Of a DNA stretch of 64,000 nucleotides, positions 9,296 through 17,390 are shown one piece after another. The DNA is taken from positions 69,130-133,129 of the forward strand of contig MEOG01000096.1 of assembly GCA_001769125.1 (NCBI GenBank), written 5' to 3'. A program made the position numbers and the translations under genes. This DNA comes from Bacteroidetes bacterium GWF2_35_48. GTDB lineage: Bacteria > Bacteroidota > Bacteroidia > Bacteroidales > GWF2-35-48. Every line of letters begins with the position of its first letter. Positions within the stretch are counted from its first letter, which is position 1. The notes beneath the pieces are model-generated. The model did no database searches. It had not been told where the DNA came from and was given only the letters and a program-made list of their open reading frames with translations.

Positions 9296-9553
9296 TTATT
9301 CGTAATGGAATCTACATTTTGCGATTAAAATATTATCATCTTTTACTTGATATATTAGTCTATGCTCTTCATCAATGCGTCGAGACCAAAAGCCTTTATA
9401 TTTATATTTTAGAGGTTCAGGTTTTCCAATTCCAGAAAAAGGAGTTCTTGATATATCTTTGAGTAATTCATTTATCCTTTTTAACATTTTTTTATCGTTT
9501 TTTTGCCAAAATAAATAATCCTCCCACGATTCATCTACAAAAATATATTTCAT
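9296..9553 (-). CDS. yoeB: YoeB/Txe family type II toxin (mRNA interferase)
   Basis: 85 aa. Carries WEDYLFWQKNDKKMLKRINELLKDI and the C-terminal RFHYE (catalytic His-Tyr). Its start forms an ATGA overlap with the upstream antitoxin stop. Confidence 0.9.
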   Translation of the reverse strand: MKYIFVDESWEDYLFWQKNDKKMLKRINELLKDISRTPFSGIGKPEPLKYKYKGFWSRRIDEEHRLIYQVKDDNILIAKCRFHYE

Positions 9554-9804
9554 TCTTCAATTAATTTTTTAGTAAATGATGACCCCTTTTTTAACTTCGT
9601 AATTGCGGAATCAAGACGTTTTTTATTTATTTTTGAGGATAACTCATGCTGAGTTGAACATAATGAATTATATTCATCGAGGGATATAACCACAACTCCT
9701 GTGTCTTTACCTCTATTAATAATTAAGGTTTCAAAATTTTTTGTTACTCTATCTAAATATACCTTGATATCTTTTCGAAAATCGGAAATAGATGCTGTTA
9801 ACAT
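9550..9804 (-). CDS. yefM: YefM/Phd family antitoxin
   Basis: 84 aa. The N-terminus ISDFRKDIKVYLDRV...VVISLDEYNSL is typical of the Phd/YefM fold. It is translationally coupled to yoeB. Confidence 0.85.
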   Translation of the reverse strand: MLTASISDFRKDIKVYLDRVTKNFETLIINRGKDTGVVVISLDEYNSLCSTQHELSSKINKKRLDSAITKLKKGSSFTKKLIEE

Positions 9805-9825
9805 AATCTTAATATTATTTAAATT

Positions 9826-9866
9826 TGTACTAAATTATGTACAAATATAATTAGAATTTATGTACA
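9826..9866 (-). promoter_or_regulatory. Putative YefM-YoeB operator: TGTAC(T/A) hexamers at 9826, 9838 and 9861
   Basis: Located 22-62 nt upstream of the yefM start. The first two hexamers are 12 bp centre to centre, the geometry reported for E. coli yefM-yoeB operators with TGTACA cores. Confidence 0.5.
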
Positions 9867-10000
9867 TTTCAAATATTTTGTCTCTTTATTTTGTATTATC
9901 ATTTTGATAGTCTGTTGTGACTTTTTTTAACTGGAATTGTTCTGTCTGGGTGTTTTTTCAATGGGCGGGTAACTCCAATATTTGTATGGCAAAATACCTC

Positions 10001-13000
10001 CTATTTAAAAGCTTTCTCCGGCATTCCATCTCCTTTCATAGAGAGTCTTTCAAAATAAGAGGGAACATCTTTTCCTACTAATTTATCCACATACATTTTT
10101 GCTATGTATTGACCCAGCATGTATCCCTGTCCGCGCAATCCGAGTAGCAAGCCAAGCTTTGTATCCACAATCATTCTTGGCTCTACGTAATAGCCTGACC
10201 AGATTGCCTGAAGTCCAACAGACGACAATTCAGGAATCCAATTTACGAAAATTTCGGAGGCGATTTCTAAAAATTCTTTGGAATTTAATTTAAGATTTTT
10301 GTCTGTTTCAAGTGGCTCAATTGCTGGCGAAGCGCATCCGATGATTTGTCCTGTTTCTTTTAATTGCTGACCATAAACAGCAGTAAATCCCTTGTACTTC
10401 CTTCGGTCAATTACCATGTTTAAAGGTTCTCCGTTTACGCCCATCATAGGAAGTCTGCGGGTAATAAATGCCTGATGTTTCACAGGGTATAAGCCTGTTT
10501 CTATACCTAGCTGTTTTGCAAACTTATCTCCTTCAGGACCTAGTGCATTGATGAAAATTTCGGAGTGATATTCCACATAATCTTTTACATGATTTTGTAC
10601 CAGAATCATGTACTTACTACCATTTTTTCTTACATCAATAAGCTTGCAATCCTCTTGTATTTCTCCACCTTTTTGAATCCCCAATGTTCTGATAAGATCA
10701 ATAACCCTGCCCGGTGTAGCCTGCCAGCAATTTTTGGTGATAAGCGCAGCATGATAATTTTTCATGTCAGGATTAATGAAAGGAGATATGTGTTTTTTGT
10801 AATCTTTGGGTTCAATCATAAAAGCATTCGACCATGCCATTGATGCCTCCAGGGCTTTATACATTAAATCATCGTGTGCGAATGTTACATAATTGATAGA
10901 ATGAAAATCAATATTTTTAATTGTTTGCAGATTTTTAAAAATTTCGAGATTGTGTACTGCAATATCAGAAAGCTCAGGAACACTAAAATTTGGGCGACCT
11001 CCTGCAATGTTACGCCATGATGCACCTCTTCCGTAATTAATAAGAACAGGCTTCATTCCTTCTTCAGCAAGATATCTGAATGCTGCGCTGCCGGCGATAC
11101 CACCGCCTGCAACAAGCGATTTCACTTCAATAATTTTATGTTTTATTGTTCCGTTTGCTGTAATAATATTTTCTCTGACATCTTTGGGATACAGTTCTCC
11201 AAGCCGAAGTTGATTGGATAAAGGACCTCTCGGAGTTGCTTCGCCTACAATCTGAATTCCTTCTGATGCAATTGTTTGTTTCAGTCTTTTTATACAACGT
11301 TTTCCTCTGCATGCTCCCATACCAAGACGGGTTGTGTGTTTTACCTCATCCACAGAAATAAATTTCCGGTCGCCGATAACCTCCCTGATTTCATCATAAG
11401 TTACATCATCGCAATGGCAAACATAGGTCTTCTCTTCTATTTTTTCTGTGTACGTTTTGAATTCGATTTTTTCAGGATATTTATTTTTTAAAATAAAACC
11501 GCGCACATGCATCAGATCATCGCCATGCGCATCGTTTGATTTTATTCTTGCGATATGTGTTTTGTTGGGTTTTCTGAGAATTTTTTCAATCACGCCTTCA
11601 CCAAGTATTTTTCCATTATTATCAACAAGAAATACTTCTGTTTTTTCTTCATAATCGAATTCAACAGGAAGGAAGATCCAGTCTTTTTTCAGTGCATAAC
11701 CAAAAATGGCAAGTCCGGGGCACTGATACACACAATCCATGCAACCGGTACATTTTGAATAGTCAATATGCGGAACAGTGCTGGTGGAAGTTTTGGTTAT
11801 AGCGCCGCTGGGACAGGCAAATTCGCAGGGGTTGCAAGCAAAGCCGTAGATGCAGTCAATTAACACAAATGGTTTTTCCTGACGCCTTTCAGGAGTTGGC
11901 ATAAAAATATTATCAATAACTTTTACCGGATGTTGTTGCGAGTCTATATATTCTTTTGAAAGGGAAAGATATGCGTCATAATTATAGCGAGCAGTCAAAT
12001 TATCGAGGATTTCATAGGCAGCTTGTTTTCCTCTTAAAACAGCACTGGTTCCTTCTCCGATACGGATTGCATCGCCTACACCAAAACAATTTCTTCCGAA
12101 AATTTCATTGCCTTTTATCAGAAGCTGATCATCCGGGACAAGGCCTGTACAAATATTAATTGCGTCAATTCCGTCTATAATTTTTTCGGTGCCGGGTATA
12201 GGTTTGAAATTTTTACATTCTGCAATAACTGCGCCTGTTATACCGGTGTAATCTTTATTCGGAATAGCTTTTAGTAAAATATGTGAAAGAATAACAGGAA
12301 TGCCGAGTCTTCTTACTCTGTTTGCCTGAACAGGAAAGCCTCCTTCTTTATCCTGCGCTTCTATGATGGCTTTTACATTTGCTCCGGCCTGCGCAAGCTG
12401 ATAAGATGTTAGGTAACCTATGTTTCCTGCGCCTACAGTGAGAATATTTTTTCCCAGCAAGGTAAATTCATTGTTCATCATTTTCTGAACCACAGCCGCT
12501 GTATAAACACCCGGAACATCATCGTTTTCAAATGCCGGCATGAAAGGTACTGCCCCTGTTGCTATTACGAGATAATCAGCATCTACATAATAAATTTCTT
12601 CGGTAACAACATTTTTCACAGCGATTCTTTTTCCTTCAAGAATGTCCCAAACCGTTGAATTAAGAAATATTCCGTCGTGATTGTCTCCTGCCAGTGTTTT
12701 TGCAATATCGAAGCCGCGCATACCACCGAATTTTTTCTCTTTTTCAAAAAAGAAAAACTGATGGGTTTGCATGAGAAACTGACCTCCTATTTTATCATTG
12801 TTGTCAATTACAATATTGGGGACATTATGTTGATTGAGCAATTCACGCGCAGCAAGACCGGCAGGTCCGGCGCCTATAATTGCAACCTTTGTCAGATATA
12901 CATTTATAGCATCTTCTTTTTTTATTTCAATAACAGAAGGGGTGTAGTCTTTGGGTATTTCAGAAACTACTTTAACGCCATCAATACGGGTTATACAGAT

Positions 13001-13234
13001 GCGTTTTATCTGACCATCAACAAGCATTTCGCAGGCACCACATTTTCCAATGCCGCATTCAAGACTACGGTTTCTGTCTCTTAAGCTGTGGCTGTGCACA
13101 GGGTATCCCGCCTGATGAAGCGCTGCAGCAATAGTAAAACCTTTTTCTCCCTGCACTTCTTTTCCCTCAAAAAGGAATGTTACTTTTTCTTTTTCTTCTA
13201 CTGAAAGAATCGGATGATTGTATATTCTGCTCAT
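10001..13234 (-). CDS. Multi-domain Fe-S flavoprotein: 2Fe-2S + FAD/NAD(P) pyridine-nucleotide-disulfide oxidoreductase + 4Fe-4S dicluster + BFD-like 2Fe-2S + DAO-type FAD oxidoreductase in one chain
   Basis: 1077 aa. Motifs in order: C60-x4-C-x2-C-x11-C; IIGAGPAG and VGAGNIGY Rossmann motifs; CNPCEFACP plus CTGCMDCVYQCP; CHCDDVTYDEI...GACRGKRC; VAGGGIAGSAAF followed by a sarcosine-oxidase-beta/HcnC-like C-terminal half. Confidence 0.85.
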   Translation of the reverse strand: MSRIYNHPILSVEEKEKVTFLFEGKEVQGEKGFTIAAALHQAGYPVHSHSLRDRNRSLECGIGKCGACEMLVDGQIKRICITRIDGVKVVSEIPKDYTPSVIEIKKEDAINVYLTKVAIIGAGPAGLAARELLNQHNVPNIVIDNNDKIGGQFLMQTHQFFFFEKEKKFGGMRGFDIAKTLAGDNHDGIFLNSTVWDILEGKRIAVKNVVTEEIYYVDADYLVIATGAVPFMPAFENDDVPGVYTAAVVQKMMNNEFTLLGKNILTVGAGNIGYLTSYQLAQAGANVKAIIEAQDKEGGFPVQANRVRRLGIPVILSHILLKAIPNKDYTGITGAVIAECKNFKPIPGTEKIIDGIDAINICTGLVPDDQLLIKGNEIFGRNCFGVGDAIRIGEGTSAVLRGKQAAYEILDNLTARYNYDAYLSLSKEYIDSQQHPVKVIDNIFMPTPERRQEKPFVLIDCIYGFACNPCEFACPSGAITKTSTSTVPHIDYSKCTGCMDCVYQCPGLAIFGYALKKDWIFLPVEFDYEEKTEVFLVDNNGKILGEGVIEKILRKPNKTHIARIKSNDAHGDDLMHVRGFILKNKYPEKIEFKTYTEKIEEKTYVCHCDDVTYDEIREVIGDRKFISVDEVKHTTRLGMGACRGKRCIKRLKQTIASEGIQIVGEATPRGPLSNQLRLGELYPKDVRENIITANGTIKHKIIEVKSLVAGGGIAGSAAFRYLAEEGMKPVLINYGRGASWRNIAGGRPNFSVPELSDIAVHNLEIFKNLQTIKNIDFHSINYVTFAHDDLMYKALEASMAWSNAFMIEPKDYKKHISPFINPDMKNYHAALITKNCWQATPGRVIDLIRTLGIQKGGEIQEDCKLIDVRKNGSKYMILVQNHVKDYVEYHSEIFINALGPEGDKFAKQLGIETGLYPVKHQAFITRRLPMMGVNGEPLNMVIDRRKYKGFTAVYGQQLKETGQIIGCASPAIEPLETDKNLKLNSKEFLEIASEIFVNWIPELSSVGLQAIWSGYYVEPRMIVDTKLGLLLGLRGQGYMLGQYIAKMYVDKLVGKDVPSYFERLSMKGDGMPEKAFK

Positions 13235-13321
13235 TTGAATTTGAAATATTAAAAATTCAAAATTTGCATAATGATTGCTGCTTTACAATGACGATTGTCA
13301 GTTTTTGAAATAAATAGCCAT

Positions 13322-13384
13322 AAGATGTTCCACATCTTGTGGCTTAATAAAATTGTAAATCATTAACAAGATGTGGAACATCTT
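13322..13384. promoter_or_regulatory. Pair of 17-bp palindromic operator-like sites AAGATGT-N3-ACATCTT in a divergent promoter region
   Basis: Sites at 13322-13338 (centre TCC) and 13368-13384 (centre GGA), 46 bp apart. The second ends 25 bp upstream of the -7 box at 13409. Confidence 0.4.
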
Positions 13385-13408
13385 GGCATAATTATTCAAA
13401 GCTTTCAT

Positions 13409-13416
13409 TATTTTTG
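13409..13416 (+). promoter_or_regulatory. -7 promoter box TATTTTTG upstream of the M23 peptidase gene
   Basis: TAnnTTTG match 7 nt before the ATG at 13423. Confidence 0.4.
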
Positions 13417-13422
13417 CAACAA

Positions 13423-15150
13423 ATGAATACGAAAACATATATTTTAATTTTGATTTTATGCCTTCACTTTTTTTTCGGCATAAGTCAGAGAAATTACACA
13501 AAAGATTATTTTGTTTCTCCTGTTCGTTCCGGTTTTCGTGTATTATCCAATTTTGGCGATATACGCTCCAATCATTTTCATACAGGTATTGATTTACGAA
13601 CAGGAGAAGGCTCTTACATTTGCGCTATAGCAGATGGTTTTGTGTCAAGAATAAAAGTTTCTCCAACTGGTTTTGGAAATGCAATTTATATAGACCATCC
13701 AAATGGATTTACAAGTGTTTACGCACATTTGAGTTCCTTCAGCAAAAAAATAGAAGATTACGTAAAAGTATTGCAATACAAGGCTCAGGATTTCAGCATT
13801 GACTATTATCTTAAGCCTGATGAAATTGAGGTTTGTCAAAATGAAATTATAGGTTTATCTGGGAATACAGGCAGTTCCAATGGTCCTCACCTGCATTTTG
13901 AAATTCGCGATACAAAAACAGAGTATATCATAAACCCTTTGTTGTTCTACGATGTAAAGGATAATAAACCTCCGGTAATAACGAAACTTTATATTTATCC
14001 AACAGACCGCAACAGTTATATAAATAACACAAATGCCCGTGCCATATACAATGTTGCGCCAACATATAGTAAAAAAGGAACATCTTTTCTAAAATTAAAA
14101 GGGAATAATAACATCGGAGCGTCAGGTAGAATTGGTTTTGGCATTGAATCCTATGATACCGATAATTACACAAAAAGACCGGCAAATATTTATTCTATAG
14201 ATATTATTGTTGATACCGTAAATATCTATTCATCGCGTTTTGAAGAATTTTCTTTTGATGACAAGCGTGCCGTGAATTCGTACATTGATTACCGGGAATT
14301 TTCACGAAACCTAAAAAATATTCAGCGCTGTTTTGTTGAACCCAATAATAAAACACCTATATATACGCATCTGAAAAATCAAGGTATTATTGACATTTCA
14401 GATAATTCAATTCATAAGGCGCAAATTATCGTTAAAGATGTGAATGGAAATTCAGCTAGCCTTAATTTTAATATTATAGGAAATGCCGGAAAACAAACAA
14501 TAAAAGAAGAAAAAGATGAATATTCTAAAATCATGCCTTTTGAAGAAGTTAATTATTTTGTCAAAGAGGATATTTTAATTTCTTTTCCCGAAGATGTTTT
14601 TTACGATACGGTATATTTTGAATACAATAAAATTGAGCAACGGGGAATTTATTCTGCATTACATCAGATCCATAATAAACAAACCCCTTTGAATAAAAAA
14701 ATGCTTCTGTCAATTAAAGCAGATCGTGTTCCAAAAGAATACAAAGGAAAAGCCTTAATTTCTTTGATAGGAAACAATGGATCGGGAAATTCTATTGGAG
14801 GTCAATTTAAAGATGATTTTCTGACGGCTGAAACCTATAACTTCGGAAATTATGCCATTGTGCTGGATACGATTCCTCCTGATATTGTTTCGGTAAATAA
14901 AAAGCCCTATGAAGACCTTACGCTTGGGAAAACCATACGCTTTAAAATTTATGATAATTTATCAGGAATAAAAAAATATACCGCATTTATTGATGGCAGA
15001 TGGGTACTTTTCGAATACGATAAAAAGAACGACCTTTTAACTCATTATTTCGATGATCCAAATGCTTATGGAGAGCTTCATGAGCTGGAATTATTTGTTG
15101 AAGACGAGAAAGGAAATATTTCTTCGTTTTGCTTGCCTTATTACAGATGA
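13423..15150 (+). CDS. M23 family metallopeptidase (lysostaphin/LytM-like) with long C-terminal extension
   Basis: Carries HFHTGIDLR (HxxxD) and GNTGSSNGPHLHFEI (HxH). The signal peptide begins at the ATG at 13423; the track start at 13414 is a TTG. Confidence 0.9.
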   Translation: MNTKTYILILILCLHFFFGISQRNYTKDYFVSPVRSGFRVLSNFGDIRSNHFHTGIDLRTGEGSYICAIADGFVSRIKVSPTGFGNAIYIDHPNGFTSVYAHLSSFSKKIEDYVKVLQYKAQDFSIDYYLKPDEIEVCQNEIIGLSGNTGSSNGPHLHFEIRDTKTEYIINPLLFYDVKDNKPPVITKLYIYPTDRNSYINNTNARAIYNVAPTYSKKGTSFLKLKGNNNIGASGRIGFGIESYDTDNYTKRPANIYSIDIIVDTVNIYSSRFEEFSFDDKRAVNSYIDYREFSRNLKNIQRCFVEPNNKTPIYTHLKNQGIIDISDNSIHKAQIIVKDVNGNSASLNFNIIGNAGKQTIKEEKDEYSKIMPFEEVNYFVKEDILISFPEDVFYDTVYFEYNKIEQRGIYSALHQIHNKQTPLNKKMLLSIKADRVPKEYKGKALISLIGNNGSGNSIGGQFKDDFLTAETYNFGNYAIVLDTIPPDIVSVNKKPYEDLTLGKTIRFKIYDNLSGIKKYTAFIDGRWVLFEYDKKNDLLTHYFDDPNAYGELHELELFVEDEKGNISSFCLPYYR

Positions 15151-15229
15151 TTGAAATAAAATATTTAGCTTGGAACATATTTTTTTTATGAAAATATTCC
15201 TAGTACCCATTATATTCTCAATATTTTTT

Positions 15230-15237
15230 TATATTTG
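15230..15237 (+). promoter_or_regulatory. -7 promoter box TATATTTG upstream of the C10 peptidase gene
   Basis: TAnnTTTG match 26 nt before the ATG at 15263. Confidence 0.4.
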
Positions 15238-15262
15238 ACAATTGACATTTAATCTGTTTTTT

Positions 15263-17359
15263 ATGAGAAATTTTATCTTGCTTCTTATCATTTGCCTGCC
15301 TTTATCGCTTTTTGCAAAACATGTACCTGTTGATGTTGCAATCCTTGCGGGAAAAAATTATATTTCAAAACGTACACCTGCAATAAAAAATATAGACTTG
15401 CAATTTTTAACTACGAACGACCAATTGAATCCTTCTTATTATATTTTTGGGTTAAATAATAATGCAGGATTTATTATTGTTTCTGCCGACGATGTTGTGC
15501 TTCCCGTGTTAGGATACAGCTTTGAAGGTTCTTATGACAATCAGAATATACCTCCATCACTTATTTTCCTTTTACAAAAATATACCTTACAAATTGAAAG
15601 TGCCCGAAAAAACAGCACTTCCGCTAATGAGGAAATAGAGAGACAGTGGGATGAATTACTTACAAGGAACTTTTCCCCATCACTAAAATCTGTTCAGGAA
15701 ATTGCTCCTCTTTTGCTTACAAACTGGAATCAAACCTATCCATACAATGCTCTTTGCCCTGAAGACCCTGCAGGTACCGGAGGTCATGTTTTGGTAGGCT
15801 GTGTTGCTATTTCAATGGTACAGGTTATGAAATATTATAACTACCCTTTACACGGTATTGGCTCCCATACGCACAACCAGAGCGATTATGGAACACATAC
15901 TATAAATTATGCAAATCAGACTTATTTATGGAATACCATGCCCTTTAGTTTAGGCGGCACTTCGAATTTTGAAGAAGCGGCAAAACTATGCTACCATGCG
16001 GGTGTTGCATGCAATATGGACTGGGGCGTTGATGGGTCGGGTGCTTGGCATTACACTATGGCGGGCTCCCTTGTAGATCATTTTGGTTATGATGCCTCGT
16101 GCGATGTTGTGGACAGGGAAGATTACTCCTCAACTGCGTGGAAAAACATGTTGCTTGGACAATTAGACATGAAAAGACCTGTTGTATATGTCGGATACGG
16201 AGAAAGCGGTGGTCATGCATGGAACTGCGACGGTTATCAGGGAGATGCGGGAAGCGAAATGTTTCACATGAATTGGGGCTGGGGAGGCTCAGCAAACGGA
16301 TATTTTACACTTGATAATCTTAATCCTTCGGGGATGGATTTTAACTATGGGCAAAGCATGGTTATCAATATTTTTCCTGCAGTCAATTATCCCGAATTTT
16401 GCTCTTCTCAACGAACCTATTCTTTCAGCGAAGCAAATTTTGAAGATGGTAGCGGCAATCAAAACTACACAGCAGGAACCGATTGCAAATATCTTATTCA
16501 ATCTGGCTGCGGAAGTAAAGTAATCTTAAAATTTGACAGATTTGATATTGCTCCTACAGATGCAGTTATGATTTTTGACGGAGAAAGTACCTCCGACCCC
16601 TTAATCGCTGTTATTAATGGTGGATCTTCTACCGGAGAATATGAATCAACAGGGTCGGAAATGCTTTTACATTTTATCGGTTCTTCTTCTGCATATTCCG
16701 GATGGGATGCCAGCTATAAAATAGAATATTGTAATTATATCCCTTATACTTATACCGAACCATCTGGTTCTATTGATGATGGAAGTAAATCTTGTCTTTA
16801 TCGTAATTCAACAAATTGCAAATGGCAGATTCAGATACCCGGAGCTGTTAGTACTACATTAAACTTCACTTCTTTTGATTTTCCTGAAGATATTGATTTT
16901 CTTGCCATATATAAAAACAGCATGACAACAGCCAATCTTGTGGAGAAATATACATCGCAGAATATCCCTGTTACGCCACTTACTATTGAAGCACCTTTGA
17001 TTATTCTCAGATTTTTTACAAACACCTTATTAAACGCTGATGGTTGGTCATTAGGCTATACAAGTATTGTTACGGGAAATGATGAAAATTTAATTTCTGA
17101 AGTGGCATTGTCTGTATATCCGAATCCATTCTCTGATGATGCTTCCATTCAATTTTTTCTTCCGGAATCCTGCAATGCAAATTTAATAATAACAGATATT
17201 CTTGGTCGAATTAAATACAATTCCTCTGAATTTTTATCAGATGGAAGCCACACACTTCAATTCAATGAACTATTGCCCGATGATGCAAAAGGAATTTATT
17301 TTGTGAAATTAAAAACAGACTTATTTTCTGTAACACGAAAAATCACTAAAGTTAATTAA
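15263..17359 (+). CDS. C10 (streptopain-like) cysteine peptidase with CUB-like domains and T9SS CTD
   Basis: Carries NWNQTYPYNALCP, VGCVAISMVQVMKYY (catalytic Cys), GGHAWNCDGY (His) and HMNWGWGG. The C-terminus LSVYPNPFSDDASIQF...GIYFVKLKT is a T9SS CTD. Confidence 0.85.
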   Translation: MRNFILLLIICLPLSLFAKHVPVDVAILAGKNYISKRTPAIKNIDLQFLTTNDQLNPSYYIFGLNNNAGFIIVSADDVVLPVLGYSFEGSYDNQNIPPSLIFLLQKYTLQIESARKNSTSANEEIERQWDELLTRNFSPSLKSVQEIAPLLLTNWNQTYPYNALCPEDPAGTGGHVLVGCVAISMVQVMKYYNYPLHGIGSHTHNQSDYGTHTINYANQTYLWNTMPFSLGGTSNFEEAAKLCYHAGVACNMDWGVDGSGAWHYTMAGSLVDHFGYDASCDVVDREDYSSTAWKNMLLGQLDMKRPVVYVGYGESGGHAWNCDGYQGDAGSEMFHMNWGWGGSANGYFTLDNLNPSGMDFNYGQSMVINIFPAVNYPEFCSSQRTYSFSEANFEDGSGNQNYTAGTDCKYLIQSGCGSKVILKFDRFDIAPTDAVMIFDGESTSDPLIAVINGGSSTGEYESTGSEMLLHFIGSSSAYSGWDASYKIEYCNYIPYTYTEPSGSIDDGSKSCLYRNSTNCKWQIQIPGAVSTTLNFTSFDFPEDIDFLAIYKNSMTTANLVEKYTSQNIPVTPLTIEAPLIILRFFTNTLLNADGWSLGYTSIVTGNDENLISEVALSVYPNPFSDDASIQFFLPESCNANLIITDILGRIKYNSSEFLSDGSHTLQFNELLPDDAKGIYFVKLKTDLFSVTRKITKVN

Positions 17360-17373
17360 GTGGTAAATTTCAT

Positions 17374-17381
17374 TACTTTTG
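17374..17381 (+). promoter_or_regulatory. -7 promoter box TACTTTTG upstream of the ABC-F gene
   Basis: TAnnTTTG match. The ATG at 17391 (MISLNNITLYFGG) is the likely true start. Confidence 0.4.
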
Positions 17382-17390
17382 CAATCCTTT

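Noticed and set aside
9139-9462. 107-aa plus-strand ORF
   Set aside because: It has an Ile/Tyr/Phe-rich nonsense composition, overlaps yoeB antisense, and has a TTG start without a promoter box.
13298-13501. 67-aa minus-strand ORF across the divergent promoter
   Set aside because: It spans the twin palindromes and the 5' end of the M23 peptidase gene antisense, and has no supporting features.
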